Below are positions 34,700 to 47,899 of a stretch of DNA of 64,000 nt, piece after piece. Below the pieces are notes generated by a model. The model had not been told where the DNA came from. It did no database searches and was given only the letters and a program-made list of their open reading frames with translations. The stretch is from the NCBI GenBank assembly GCA_036172245.1, contig JAYWIR010000101.1, positions 62,001-126,000 of the forward strand, read 5' to 3'. The DNA is from Raillietiella orientalis (taxonomy: Eukaryota). How positions within the stretch are numbered: the stretch's first letter is position 1; every line of letters starts with the position of its first letter. A program made the translations under genes and the position numbers.

Positions 34700-35730
34700 A
34701 TATTTTTCCCCGTTCACGCCAAGGCGTTTATTGTAGAAAAAAAAAAAATTCCTCCTTTTGCTGGCAGAAATGCGGCCATCTTGCCGTCTTCCTCACGAAG
34801 AAGCAAACGATTGGGATGACCGCACCGTTCGATTGCCCTCTTCCGGAGCGGCTTCTCGCAGCCGCCGCAATCCCTCGAAGACAGCACTGAGCTGCGCAGA
34901 GCAGGCGAAATCGAGTCGCGCGCGAAGCGTGGCGTCGTCCTGCCGTCGTCCATCGACAGTGGGAGGGCCGCAGCGAAGCGTCTGCTGGCGCTCTGGAGGG
35001 AGACGCAATCCAGCAACAGGTGCGGGAAGGTTTCCCATCCCCCGCAACTGGCACTGTGCCTCGTTCAGTTGCGGACTCGCACGCCACATGGGATCGCCCA
35101 GTGCGACAACTGTAATGCCGAGTCCTGCCCCACTTCATGGCTGCAGGCTCGTGCTGTTTCTTTCCGCTCACGCCTGAACTGTTCCCAGTGTCCAGGTACC
35201 ACGGTCGCCAGGGCGGCAAGGAAACCCAACCGTTCTCCAGGACCGAGACAGCCATTTTCTGAAGCTGGCACCCTGGTCTCGGGGCAACTCTCGGCCGGTG
35301 GCCATGAGCGAAGAGGGTACCGAGTCCCTCGGCGCCGGCTGCTCTCTTGGACAGCGTCCGACGCGGAAGCACCAGTGTGTTCTGCAGAAATTCCCTGCTA
35401 GGGCTCATCTTGGAGCTGATGCTCCACCCTCTCCAGCATCAGGAGACCGAGTCCAGCATACCGAAGCGGCGCGCACACAATTCCTTCAAGCGGACCCTGA
35501 ATCTCTGCACTCCCCAGAGCTCGGAGGGAAGGTTGCGCCACTCATGGGGCTGCCCTTGCGACCACGCTCAGATGCGAAAGAGGTGGGTCTGATGGTGCCG
35601 CATCTCGGGGAAGACTGCAGTGACGAGCACGTGCCAAGAGCTCTGGCAGCGACCTCCTCAGGCCGGTAGGACGTCCTCTGTGACGATTCCTTTCAGAAGC
35701 TCTGCGACCTGAGGAGGGTGTGCGCCTCAC
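34700..35730 (-). mobile_element. Degenerate LINE ORF2 3' end (copy G)
   Basis: Zinc-finger-like peptide (GCGGWETFPHLLLDC) and terminal AATAAACGCCTTGGCGTGAACGGGG at about 34732-34708. Confidence 0.7.
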
Positions 35731-36699
35731 CGTCGAACGCTGACGCGGGTGGAGTCAGCCCTGTTTCCAGAATGGCACAGACTCGAACAGGAAAAGAAGA
35801 CTAAGGTGGAAGTGGATGATGTCCTGGGTACAGCGGTAAAGGGGAGAGCATGAGCGGTGCACCCTTTAAGGGAGGACGCGTCTGCATTGCCGGGAGCCGC
35901 TGGCGGTAGACGGCGCAGTGGACGACTCACCTTCCCCTCGTCCGCCGCGCAGTCTGCCGCCACCCCCCGTTGCGTCGTCAAGGAGACGTCCTTCTGACTT
36001 CCTGTTCCCCTCCCCCCTACTTTCACAGCTTTCCCGTGACACCGGCTTGCTGCAAAGCAGCGAGCTGGCAGGCGGGCGGCAGCTGCGGGTGAGCGGACGA
36101 TCCTTCGAATCGTGGGAGACGAAGCAGTGGTAACCGCATCAAGCAGGTGGGGGACCTTAGCGAGGTACCATGATGAGAGCTACCGAGAGCATGGTGAGGC
36201 ACAGATTCGTTTTTCACGCAGTGAAATGACGAACCTCGCAATCCACGCCGAGCCGGGGCTGACCTGTTCAAGGCACAACCGGGACCACGGAGGAAGACCA
36301 CGTCTTCGTTGAATGATCCGGCGGGGCAGCAGCGAGACAAATGGATCCCTCGGAGGACCCTGCAAGCCAATTGCGAACCGCGTAATCGCCAGCTATTCGT
36401 TGAGGTGGGACCACCTCGTTGACGAGGTCGGCAGAAGCCAGACCGCGGTTGCGGCAGAAAGGTTCTTTCCTTGTTTGTTGCACTCAACCTCGAAATTTCC
36501 GATGGAACTACGCTGATCGGCGACAAGAAATCGGAAGCCACCGCTCGTCGCCAGCCACCCAATACTCAGCACATCCCGCGCCAGCAAAGGTTGCAAGCCT
36601 GTGGGCAGTCAGTCGCGAGAAAGGTCGTTCGTTCTACCGATTCGTTCGTTTCTACTGATGAGTGATGGGGCGCAGCCTTCCAGTCACCAGATCAGTGGG

Positions 36700-37650
36700 T
36701 CGCTCTTTCTGATGTATCTCTTTCTCGACCAAGAACAATTTGCCTTTTCATCTGGAAGTTTCCATCGATATAATTTTAAAATACTGAGAAGGTGATTTGG
36801 TAACTCTGAGCGCATGGCCGCGAACGCAATGGGCCGATATGCTTCCGTACAAAGGAGTTCGTGCATATCGAAAAACAAGGTGAAGCATTCAAAAAGGGTC
36901 ACACGAGAAATTAAGGAGCAAGGAAGATCTAATGACAGGTGTTTCTGAAGCAAATCCGATATTCATCGCAGATTGTTCATTGAGGTTGTAAAAGAAATCC
37001 AAGTCGGTCGATAATTCCTGAGTCAATGCCTTCAGTCCATCAAAAGCGTTAAGGAATGATAAGTTAAACATAAACGGAGGCAAGGGTGTGATAAAGAATT
37101 TCAACAGCAATAAGAGATAAAAGGAATATCTTATACATTTGATTTCCGAATTGTCAGATGTATGAGTTGTGAGTCGCAAATCATACATTTGACTCAGACT
37201 CAACATCCAGGAGGTCTGAAAATAATACTAAGGATTCAAATAAAGACGCTTAGCTGTCAAAATTCCAAATATCTTCTGAAGCGTATAAGGACAATAATAA
37301 GAAAAAAATATGCAATGAAGTAAGATAGTTATCAGGGAAGTTTCTATTTGTAACAGTATATTTTGAATAGGAATTATGTTTCTCAGTGCGAAAGATTCAT
37401 GGATGAAACTAATGATTGCAGGTACAGTTAAGGGAAAGGAAGAAACTTTCATCTGAAAATCAATGAAAGGTAATGATGGTGATTCTGTCCTGTACTATAC
37501 AGCATTGGATCAACACAGAGTCCGAGGATATTGAGCTCATTGTAATGATGGGATTTTGATCGTAGTAATTCTGCGTATGCTTTTCGTGTCCAAGCTGTTG
37601 GCCTCACTTTGGAGGATTTCGTTGTGGAGTTGTGGCCTGCTGACAAGTTG
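36700..37650 (-). pseudogene. AT-rich decayed coding fragment, possibly viral L protein N-terminal block
   Basis: Peptides LVLFSDLL, FGNQMYKI, NAFDGLKAL and LLSILKLYRWK loosely recall L block I. Composition differs from the flanking LINEs. Confidence 0.25.
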
Positions 37651-37696
37651 CTGCGATGGCAAATAGCATAGCGGCTTCAATAATCCCACTACCGTC

Positions 37697-39519
37697 GTTT
37701 CCCACCCGGGTGTGCCGGGGCGTTTATTGCTAAACTATCCGGGAACAGAGTTCCCGGACAAGGGACACAGAAGAGACGAAGGAAGGGGGGACCGGGGTGT
37801 CGGGGATCCCCGACACCCAGGTCGGTATACCGAAAGTCCGAACGGGAGGGAGGGGACCACAAATACACATATAAAAAAATTAAAATATGGGGAGGGGAGG
37901 GGACAGGAGTCTTTGGTACGGCCGTTCCTTTCTTTCAGATCCGGCTGTGGATGCCGGGGATCACTCTCCTAACGCCCTCTGGAAGATGGGTCCACTCGGC
38001 AGCCGACGCCATGTTCACGCCGGCTACTCCGGTGGCCTGTTGACGAAGAATGGCCAACTTCTCCAGCTGTCGATGGGTCTTATCGATGGCGCGGGTGCAA
38101 CAGACCGTTGCGATGACGGCACCTAAAGACAGGTCACCTGGAGTGAAGAAGCGGCGCATCAAGTCTCTTGCGGTGTCCCCCTGGTGCAGGAGAGCTAAGG
38201 CCAGCCTATGCCACAGTCCTTGGAGGACACCGCAGTCCAGGAGCAGGTGGAGGAGCGTTTCCACTTCCCCGCACGGCTTACAGTTCGGGGAGGCAACTCC
38301 CCCGGAAACACGGTTCGTCCGCGGGTTGGAGTGAAAACCTCAATGCACCAGCATGGTGGCGTCCTGTTTCCAAGTTGAAGGGAACACGGAAGTGTTGAAA
38401 CAGGAGGGAGGGACCACAAGTTCTTCGGGGGGCACACTCAAGTGGTCACTTCACCGAAGGAGTCCCTTCGGGATGTGGCGAGGCGTGGCGGCGTCTGCCA
38501 GCTCGCAAGTCCTCCAGCCGCCTACGGGTCGTGTTGCTCCTGTGATGATACAGGCGTCCTCCCACCTCGGAGGTAGGCAGCTGTCATCACTTGCCCTGAG
38601 AGCTGACAGCGCGTCGGCGAGTGGCGTGATGGCCAGGCAAGTCCACTTCTCCTGGCTGTTCCAGAACTTATCCACCGAGCAATACGGGAAGAGGTTGGCG
38701 CAACGGAGTTCCAGAAGATAAACATCCTGGTGCTTTGCCCAGCCATGCAACGATTCCTGCCGCCAGGCGTCAAAGTTGGTTGGGCGGCAGGAGATCCATG
38801 CGTGGCCTGCCAGGATCCGGTAGAGGGGTTTCAAGGGGAAAGCGAAGCTTCGCGTGGCGCGCTCCGTATGCGTTCGGAGAGACAGAAGTCCATGGCTGCC
38901 GGTACAGCGCCGCAGGAGCAGGCGCGCGGAAGCACACCACGGAGTGGACCAAAAGTTGGCGCACAGGGTTAACATTCAAAGCTGTACCTGCAGATCGATT
39001 CTCTCCAGAGTCAAGATGCCCAAGACGGCATCTTGACGCGGAGCCGTCAAGTCTTTGAGTCGGATCCTGAACTTCGCAGGTCCCCACAGAGCGTTCCTCA
39101 ACAGGCTTTGCGCCAGGAGTTTGACCAAGTAAGGGGACGGACAAACAAAAAGCAAGGGGCGTAAGAGGGGGGCAACGAAGCTGTTCCACAGGGTGGTCCT
39201 CTCCGGCAGGAGGAACCTGACAAGGTGGAACGGGATTAAAGCACTCGTAGCCTGCCGAAGGCAGTCCGACCACTCTTCCACTGGGCTGATGTTCCCCAGC
39301 GGGACGCCTAAGTACTGGAAAGACGGAGCGGTCGGGATCCCCAGGCGGATCCATTCCGACTGCCCCTTACACGCCGCACCAACAGGAACCATCACGCTCT
39401 TGCCCCGGTTTACGTTCATGCCCGCTCCCGGAGAATCAGTTCGAAGAAACCCTCGAGACTGGACGCCGGAGTGGTCATGGGTAAAAGGAGAAGCAGGTCA
39501 TCAGCACAGGCTGCGACGG
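37697..39519 (-). mobile_element. 5'-truncated LINE (copy E), from the RT YADD region to the 3' terminus
   Basis: AACADDLLLLLPM, FQYLGVPLG, LLRNALWGP, ETLLHLLLDC; terminal AATAAACGCCCCGGCACACCCGGGTG at 37728-37703. Confidence 0.88.
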
Positions 39520-39830
39520 GTCGTCCGAACGTGGCCGCAGAATTACAGGCCTACATAAAGTAGGGATACAACCCTGCCCTCCTTTATAAGGTTGGAAATT
39601 TGTATTCACGGCTAGCCACGCGGAAATTCGGTAATGTGATCCGTAAGATGGGCATAACAGACGAGGAGATTTTGTGCTTCTCCTTACGGAGCGGCGAGCA
39701 GTTCGCGGAGCTCATCTGCAGAGATGCAGCGCTCACGCACAAACTGCGAGGCACGCGCGTACCATTCGAGGTAGGAAGTCTCCTACCGCACACGGTGGAT
39801 CATTCGTCTTTGTGCTCTTGCAGCTCGATT
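39520..39830 (+). mobile_element. LINE ORF1 N-terminal fragment
   Basis: ELQAYIK*GYNPALLYKVGNLYS...EEILCFSLRSGEQFAELICRDA aligns to ORF1 of copy A. Confidence 0.8.
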
Positions 39831-42800
39831 TGCTGACCCTGGACTAGCCCGACACTCGGCAAAGATTTGACTTCATGGGAGCCGACAGACAGTGCTCGCT
39901 CTCTAGATCTTCTTCCCTAGCTGCATAGATGTGTTTCGTTTCCACGGGATCGTTCCTCTTCAGAAAACTGAAGAGGAACGATCGTACGAGCGAGTGCACT
40001 CGGTGCTGACTTGGAAAGGACAATTGCAATGCGTGTTTCGATGGGTTGACGGACTCGAAGGGCGGGAACCCTGGAGTCCCATGAATGACATGAAAAGCTG
40101 ATTTTTGGAGGCAGCTAAAATGTTTTTATTTTAAAAAAACGAGAATTTGCTGCGCCTTTCTTGTCCGTTGGGAAATACAAATTGCGAAGGGAAGCTTCCA
40201 GAAATTCAGTGCTTTTAATTTGTGAATGGACTCCTGGAGTCGGTCTGGCGTGAGCAGTTCACCAAGGAGCGAAAACGAGCGCTCGTGGCCCAAAACCAAT
40301 GTTTGAGAAATCTCCGCATTCTCGCCGGTAGCTGCAGAGATGGATGGGATGACCGATGGTTGAAGTCCGCTTGGGAAAACCGAGTTTCAACATGGGTGCA
40401 AGAATAGGGAACCTGACGTTCCCGTTCCCAAGAGTGAGAACTCGCTCCTTCACATCCTAGTGTCACGGAGGCTGGAGGCAGCGGGTCAGAGTTGGGTTCG
40501 TTCCCGGAGTTCCGAAACGGTCTTCATGCCGTTTTGCGTGTGGATGTTTCGACTGATCACGTGGTGGGCGTTTTCTGCAACTGGTGGTGACCATGGTGAC
40601 GAAGAAGATTCGCTCGCAATAAGTCGCTCAGAATCGGACCGTCCTCGTCGAGAATTTAGCGCCCATTGCCTTTCCTGGCAACTTGTTTCGAATTGCATGC
40701 GTCTTCGTGGAGGACCGTGCAGAGTCCTGGTCGTCGTAGTACGGCCCGTTGTTCGAATCCGTAGATTTTGAAAATATTTGACTGCGGAAGTGCATAATTC
40801 CCTGCCAACGAAGGGTCTGATGCGCCTCACCAACTTTCCCTCCTTGCAACTGCAATTCAAGGAATGCTGTTCGTCTTATTTTCCTGTTTCCCAATTCTCA
40901 TAGGAAGAACATGCAAGAGCTTCATACGTGGGTCCGTGCGAGGACAAGAGGTTGCTGCTGATGCTAAATATAGGGACTTGCTAAAGAAGTAGGCATTTCA
41001 GGTTAATCCCTATGCATATGCCTGTTGATTTTTGCCTTTGCTAGAACACTAGTTGTGAAGAGCTTCTGTACCCGATGGGGATAAAGCATGGGGATCGTCG
41101 TGTGATTTGCAGTGCACGATTCGTGTTTGATGGCCAAAGAGGGATTGTTTGCAGAAAGTGAGGTCGACGTTTCCGAGTTTGTCGTCACGTTTTTCTCCTA
41201 CTGTCTCTTGGATGTCTCCCTTTCTCCCTTGGGCAACAGAAATAAAGAGTGCTGGATAACCGGGGCGCTCATTTTGTATGGTATACTCATGGGTTTTGTA
41301 GTACACATGTGCACAATATGTTCTGTGTGCACGGCTAGTGTAAGATGTATGTGTAAGATGTATATGATGCATGTGTGCAAAAGGCACTACGTATGCGTGA
41401 TCGCAGCACTGCATTTGCGAGGTTGCCCTCTAATGAGTGCATACTGTGGAAAGAGCACAGTGAAACCTGCGAGTTCTTTGAGCCCATTTTCGGTGGGTGA
41501 GATGTTGCCCCGAGCGGCCCGTTGCCCTTTTTCAGTGCGGAGGGGTGCGGTTCGATACAGCCCACAATCAAATTATTACGTATATTTATTTTATATATGT
41601 TAATGATAAATCATTGTTTAGATGGATGTATATGATAAGGATTACAAAAAGGAAACATGGATGTTTGTTATCAATATTGATGTATGTTTATGTGTATAAT
41701 GACATGGTATTAAGTGAGTGCATAAGCATCGAATTTTGAATAAATGGCTACATTGAAAAATACTGAAAAGAAAGGGAATAGCAGACGAATCGGAAAGTCA
41801 AAAAGAGAAATTTTCTATTTCATTTTTCCATCATTTCCAACGCTCAATAAATGAAGCATTCTCAGGATATAATGAGTTTTATATTTTCAGGATTTTCATG
41901 GTTCCATAAGTTTCAAAAGGGATTTCATTTATACTTTCATTTATATGTATAAATGTATTTTGATTTTTAATAAACAAATATGTGTGTTTGTTTTCATATA
42001 AATACATAGTTTTGATTATATTGATAAACATGTCTGTTAAAATAAATTTGTGTGCTAATTTAAATCTACATATGTACAGAAATACACATATATATCAATA
42101 TGCATGAAAGCTGTGTATGTTTCTTTCTCTAATCCTTATATATGTATTAATCGATACATTAATCTGTATATAAATTTCCATATCGGTATAGGCGATCAGC
42201 ATATGTATATACCTTCGCGACCTTTCGGGGGATTTTGGCAGCTCGGAATTTGGTTCGAATGCGTCCCGCAGGGCGGCGCATATATTTGGCAACAAAAATT
42301 TCGATGACGGAACAAAAATTGATGAAGATGAATTCCACTTTGACAGGGAATACCATTCTTTCGATTTTGCGGGTTTCAAGCAGTTCCGTCTGGGCTTATA
42401 AGTTCCACTGGAATGAAAAATGAGGTTTTCGACATTGTATGCCACGAAGAACTCGTCGTTTCAGTAGTTGTGGTGGCTGCGACCCCACGGGGTCACCGCC
42501 TGAGGCTGCACACACGGCGAAGATTGGGTGAAATCTCCACATCGTTGCGTGACACCAGCAACCCACGTTCCGGAGGTGTTTGTTCCGTGGTGTTTGGAAT
42601 GGAAGCTGCGTGTCTTCGTCGCGTGCCAAAAGAGACCTTGTGGATGCGACCGGCACTCCGTTTCCAGGGGAACTGCTGCAACGTCTTCCTTGTGGTGCTC
42701 GCGCCTGCGGGAAGTGCGGCCCGGTTCACGGTCATGAGGAGTGGGGGTTGACGTGCTCTGGGCTAGCTGCGACATCGGCGGTCAACCGGCAACAGGAAGG

Positions 42801-45230
42801 GGAACGCCTGCCAGAAGCGGAGTTGCGCAACGTGGAGCCAAACCTACGGTCAAGTCAGCATTCCTGGATCGAGTGAAGGCGGCATGAAAAGAAATACGCT
42901 GTCACCGAAAGGTTGGATGGCTACCGATGCGACTCGCGCTCGAGCTCGGGTGGGAAACAAAAATGCCAATCTCAGGTTACTCCCTCTTCCAGCTTTAGCA
43001 AAAATGCCGGATGGCCCTAAACACTGGTTTTTGTGTTCGCATCTCTTTCTGTTCCTCATAAATTCGTGTCTGTATCTTTAGACTGCTTACCAGACTGCAG
43101 ATCTCAACCGGACACGTTGGAATTAGGGAAGCTCTGCCTTTCCTCTATCGATTTTTCTACGGAAAAGGAGCAGCAGCGAATGATTCCTTTTGTGGAAAGC
43201 AACGAATTGGACCTCCCACCCGTGGAACCCTCTCCCTCGTATCGGTGGATCCGTGGACTATCTTCTTCTCTGCCCCTCAATTGGCAGTGGCCAGCGCACT
43301 GCCATTTGTTCGCCAATTCCAAGTTTACGTACGTTTCAGAATTCAGCTGTTGGAGAAAATCCGCAAATATTAAAATTGGATACCTTTCTTTTAAAACTGC
43401 TATGAAATACGAACGAGCGATTTTCTTCATGGAAGCGTCAACACATAACAATGGATAAACTAAAGTTTCTGCACTTGGGCGGTGGAGACTCTCACCATCT
43501 TATGGAGAGGGAACAGCCAGAAGATTCAACGAGACCAAACAACACCTTCTTTTGTTTATTCTGCTCTGACCGGAATGTCCCATACGTGCCTACGTCTCCA
43601 TGAAAATCCCATGAGTGATTGGTACCCCCTGCACTCCACATTTTTTTTTCCTTTGCGGATTCTGCGAACTTCCTGCTCGAGGATTATGAAATCATCGAAT
43701 TCATAATGAAAAGATACTTTTTCTGTGCAAAAGGCTCTAATTGAGAGCGTCCGTTTCGAATTCGCAGTGGTCTTCGCTATGCCATCGTTGTTCAGTTCAG
43801 TGTTTCTTTCCTATTTGTGGTTTCATTCTATATTCGTTCGATCACGTGGTCAATCAAAGAGAACAAGGAGCGAGCTTCTAGAAGAGTACTCTTAAAAGGA
43901 GGATGGGCATTACAAGGCTCAGAATACCATCTCCGGATGACCATGACTTTGTGAAAATGCGAGTCGTGGGAAATGATGCATGCAGTTTGCTATACACTCC
44001 AAGTTAGGTGATTCCCCCTTTCATGAAGATTCTCTACAAGTATGAGGTTTTTCTGCCCACTTGGAGATCACCAAGTTGCCACAGCAACAGAACTGCGCGC
44101 AACATTTCAGCTGAGGACGCTGCAGCGACATCGGTCAGCGGACCGAAGTGCTGCACTCAGGAGTGCAATACAAAGTCGAGTGGGCAGGGTCACCATTTGA
44201 TGTGGTTTCCCCGAAACCACGGTCGTCCTCTGTATCCATCCTCCCCGGTAAGAAACAACGTACCGGAAAAGCATGCCGAGTGCGCGACGAACTCCGATGA
44301 GGGTGAGGAAAAAATGGGACTTGGAATGTGCGCAGCCAAAGGTTCTTCTCTTCCTACGCAGAAATCGTCTTCAGGATTCTTCAGCACCTCGAGCCACACG
44401 TTGGTGGTGGTGGTGGTGGTGGTGGTCTTTGCAACTCCCCTCCGTGAAATGCAATGATGCCGTCCGCCCTGTCCTGCATGGTCAGGTCCGATTTGCCCCT
44501 ATGGAAGCGCACGAAATGGGATGGCACACAAAAAGATGAGATGAGGAACCCACGGTCCTTCCCACCTTGTGGGTTGGGAAACGGCAGCGATGCTGACTGA
44601 CTTGGAGCTTCGTGCCCGAAGGCGAAGCGAGCGCCTCGTCTCCGGTGGTTGCCAGTCCGTCGATTTTTCCCTTCGGTGGCACGAAGAGGCTCCAACGGTT
44701 GTCGTCCGTGCGCGTGGCAACGGAACGTGTGGCTTCCCTGGCCATCTCCGCGGAGGAATTCTCCGGCCGTGCGGACAATTCCTCCGCACGGCCCGAGAAT
44801 TCCTTCAACCCTCACCTTGTTCGTCCGGCCCACTCCTGCGGGACGCTGCGAGTCTTCGATGGTGCGAATTCGGAGTGGGCAGCGGCGAAATCGCGTTTGA
44901 GAGGAATCAAACGCTCTCGAAGCATCGTCATCTCTCAGCTGCATCTTTCACCCACACTCAAAGAGGAATCGCGATGGGCCGACCCCGCTCCGTTCCTGTC
45001 TCCTCTCCGCAGCAGGCACTGCTCGGCAACGTCTGGAGTCGGTGCCGCCGTTCTTTAATCGTCTTCGAGTAACGCTATGTCTCCCCAAATCGATCACGGA
45101 GAGTTGGGAGCATCCGCGGGTTACGGGAGCGCCTCTGGAGGTTTATCTCCCACGGTGCAGACGCCATGCCCCTTTGCATGCTTGTGACGTTAGCTATCAA
45201 AGCGAATCTGATCGTCACGGCTTCACAACC

Positions 45231-45356
45231 CCATGGGTCCCAGAATGTTTGAAAATGATATTACGAAGCCTGGAAAGGAGATTGTTTGGTACTCGTGGTT
45301 TCGACACTCGTCACGAGTTCCGGAGTGAAGTACCGACAAGTACCGAGGTACCACTG
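45231..45356 (-). mobile_element. Partial copy of the Tc1/pogo-type MITE
   Basis: Reverse complement of about 63597-63722, including the TIR CAGTGGTACCTCGGTAC, followed by TA. Confidence 0.8.
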
Positions 45357-45599
45357 TATGCAAAAACATTCAACTCTTTCATGAAAAAAAATGAAACTTA
45401 CCTGCAAGCTTCGAAGCTTGCGCATATCTTTTCCTTGAACTAAAACTGTGTTCGATCTTCATGGGCTAAAAGAGACACTTTCTGTTCTTCCGTTGCACCT
45501 TGTTGTAGATTCATGGAGTCATCCGAAGGATGCCTTAGACGGTGTGTCCAGTGGACTGTCCCTCCTATGTTGGATGAATCAGGCTTCCAACGGGCGCCT

Positions 45600-46500
45600 C
45601 ATCCTCACACACAAACCGCTTCGGGATGCCCAACTCACGGATAACTACCGTTCCGCGGGCTCCACGTACTTGGGCCTGAAGGCCTTTCCTCGTGAGCAGC
45701 AAGGCGAACTCCTGACACTTCTTTTCCCTTTCCGATCTCGTGAGGCTGGATAATTCTTCCTTGTTTTTGAAGGGACAGGAGACTCCACGGATAAGCACTT
45801 TGATTCTGCAGAACCAGATTCGTTTTCAGGCTGAAACGGACCCAGACACAGCCTTGTTGGCCGACCTCCATCCGCAGGAGCGTGAATCGGCGAATGCTGA
45901 CATCCCGCGTGCTATAGCGACAGGACTCCCTCGGTGGAGAGAACTATCTAGTGTTGCCTCTGACGAACTTGTGCTCCCTCATCTTTGCGTGAACACTTCC
46001 GTGCTCACACTTTCGTGGAATCAGGACGTGCTGCTCTTCCTGATCTGGAGATTCCAGAGCAACGAGCGGCGACACTGCGTTTCCGCAGGGGTTGCCACCT
46101 CCGAACTGCGCTAGCCGAGTCGATCTCGCCAGTCGATCTCTACATTTTCTTGGCTGCGGTGCACTTCAGGAACTAAGGTGGAGGAGGCTGGCAGCAGCCA
46201 CTCCTGCACCAGACATCGCTCGAGATGTGCTGCGACGGCTCTTAGCGCCTGGAGGACTCTCGACAGGCGAAATGGTCGCAACCACGGGGTTGCATCCGCG
46301 TCATCGTAGCCCTCCATGTGCTGGAGACGACCACGCAGCGAAGGCAGGTCACCAGGATGGCAGCCGCCTGCATGAGAACAGGTGACCTCACCTGGAGAGA
46401 GAAGTAAAGGAGGGGTTCGCCGCATCCAGGGCTGGTTTGAGGAGAGCTAGGAACGGCGAACACCGGCAACCCTTTCCCCCGGCCTCCCTTTATTTTATTT
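45600..46500 (+). mobile_element. Degenerate LINE ORF2 3' fragment
   Basis: ELVLPHLCVNTSVLTLSWNQDVLLFLIWRFQSNERRH aligns with copy B ELVIP...AWKQAVLLFVHWGFQCNERWH. Confidence 0.7.
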
Positions 46501-46529
46501 TATTTTTCTCGCGGAGGATATGCAGACTT

Positions 46530-46960
46530 ATTCCTTCCGGACAAGGATAGTGCGTTTCCCTCATCGAAACATGCGAAACAGTTATTGCAGAGTAGGAACG
46601 TTGATCCATTCTATAAATCTCTGGAAATTCTACACGCAACACAGCTAGATGGACTAGGCTTTCGTGTTCTGAGATCATTCTTAAACCGTAGTCCATTACA
46701 AACGCTGCAAACGTGTCCAAACGGATTATTTGTCACAAGAACAGTCAATGAAGACGGTCACACATCCGCATCTTGTACTCCTGGTTGAGCTATTTGTGTT
46801 CTCTATGATCCCTTGGACGTCTGTGTCTGAGCATCCTCATGGTATTCTTCATCTTGTTCACATGTGCATTTTCAATTTGCTCTCATCTCCCGCATACGTT
46901 CAGCTGCCGTCTTTGGAACTTTCTCCTCTTTATGTTGTCTACGTTTAGCTCCGTGCGGTA
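46530..46960 (-). mobile_element. Helitron-like Rep/Hel N-terminal remnant
   Basis: Frameshifted NNPFGHVCSVCNGLRFKNDL...VLRVEFP...LCNNC resembles the Cys-rich region found upstream of Rep in animal Helitron-type elements (recalled, not searched). Confidence 0.5.
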
Positions 46961-47899
46961 ATACACGCGTGGTAGGAGCAGCTCGTCGTGGCATGTTAAG
47001 TTCACTGGTTGGAGGCAAAGAACTGATATGATCCTCTTAAGTCACGACACTATCCGGAAAGAAACTATTTTGGTCTAGATTGAACCGGATGCAGTACAAA
47101 TTCGTTTCTGCTTTTGTCTATCAGGTTCCACAGTGTTCCCATTTTTCATAACGCTCCTAGTTCAGCCTAGACTCCGAACGTGGACGTCATTTAATTCAAA
47201 AAAGATAAAGGCAAACAGCGCTCCATCCATCCTTCTCCTCTCTGAGGGATACATGGAGAAGAAAAGATTATTTGTGCTGCTGCTGCTGGAGGTATTAGAG
47301 ACTCCCTTCTCTATGAAAACCACTTTAAGTGTTCCTGGAAGAAAGGAGAATCGTGGAAGGACTTCCCTCTTCTCCTGGCTCTTTGCGCTGGTCGCTTCGA
47401 GGGAGGAAGTTGGGAAGCTCACCTCCCCTCTCCACGTTTGCCCTCCACGTTTGTCCTCTTCTCATCCGCTTTCCCAACGCTCCACGGACACTTCGGTCGT
47501 ATGCAGCATGCTCTGTGACCTCTAACTCTCCGAGCAGGGCTCCTCTTCTAAGCCTTCAGATCTTTCCATGCAGCACTAGTGGCGGGGCTCTGTTCGTCGC
47601 CGCCGTTTCTACGTGTCCCCTCCCAGGGGACCCCAAGACGCGGCTCCACGGTTGAGCTGTTGTATATCTCCCCCTTTTCCTGCTTTCTCTTTAAGTGCAC
47701 TCTGAGATAGTTCGCTCTCTTCATCATGAAAGAGGGCAGACTAGTTATGTTTTTAAATTATGTTATTCAAGAGTTTCTCATGAAATGCTAGTCTTTGTGG
47801 ACGCTTTCGAAGCGCATAGGCGCCCTGAAAAAAGATCAATGAATGCATCATTCGTACCACTGTGGGTACCTGGTTGAATAGCCACGTTCGGACCACTTT

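Noticed and set aside
41495..41565. tRNA-like A/B boxes (also near 42240-42265 and 50700-50760)
   Set aside because: Only partial box matches and no cloverleaf; too degenerate to call.
44402..44427. (GGT)n run giving poly-V/W/P ORFs
   Set aside because: Simple microsatellite.
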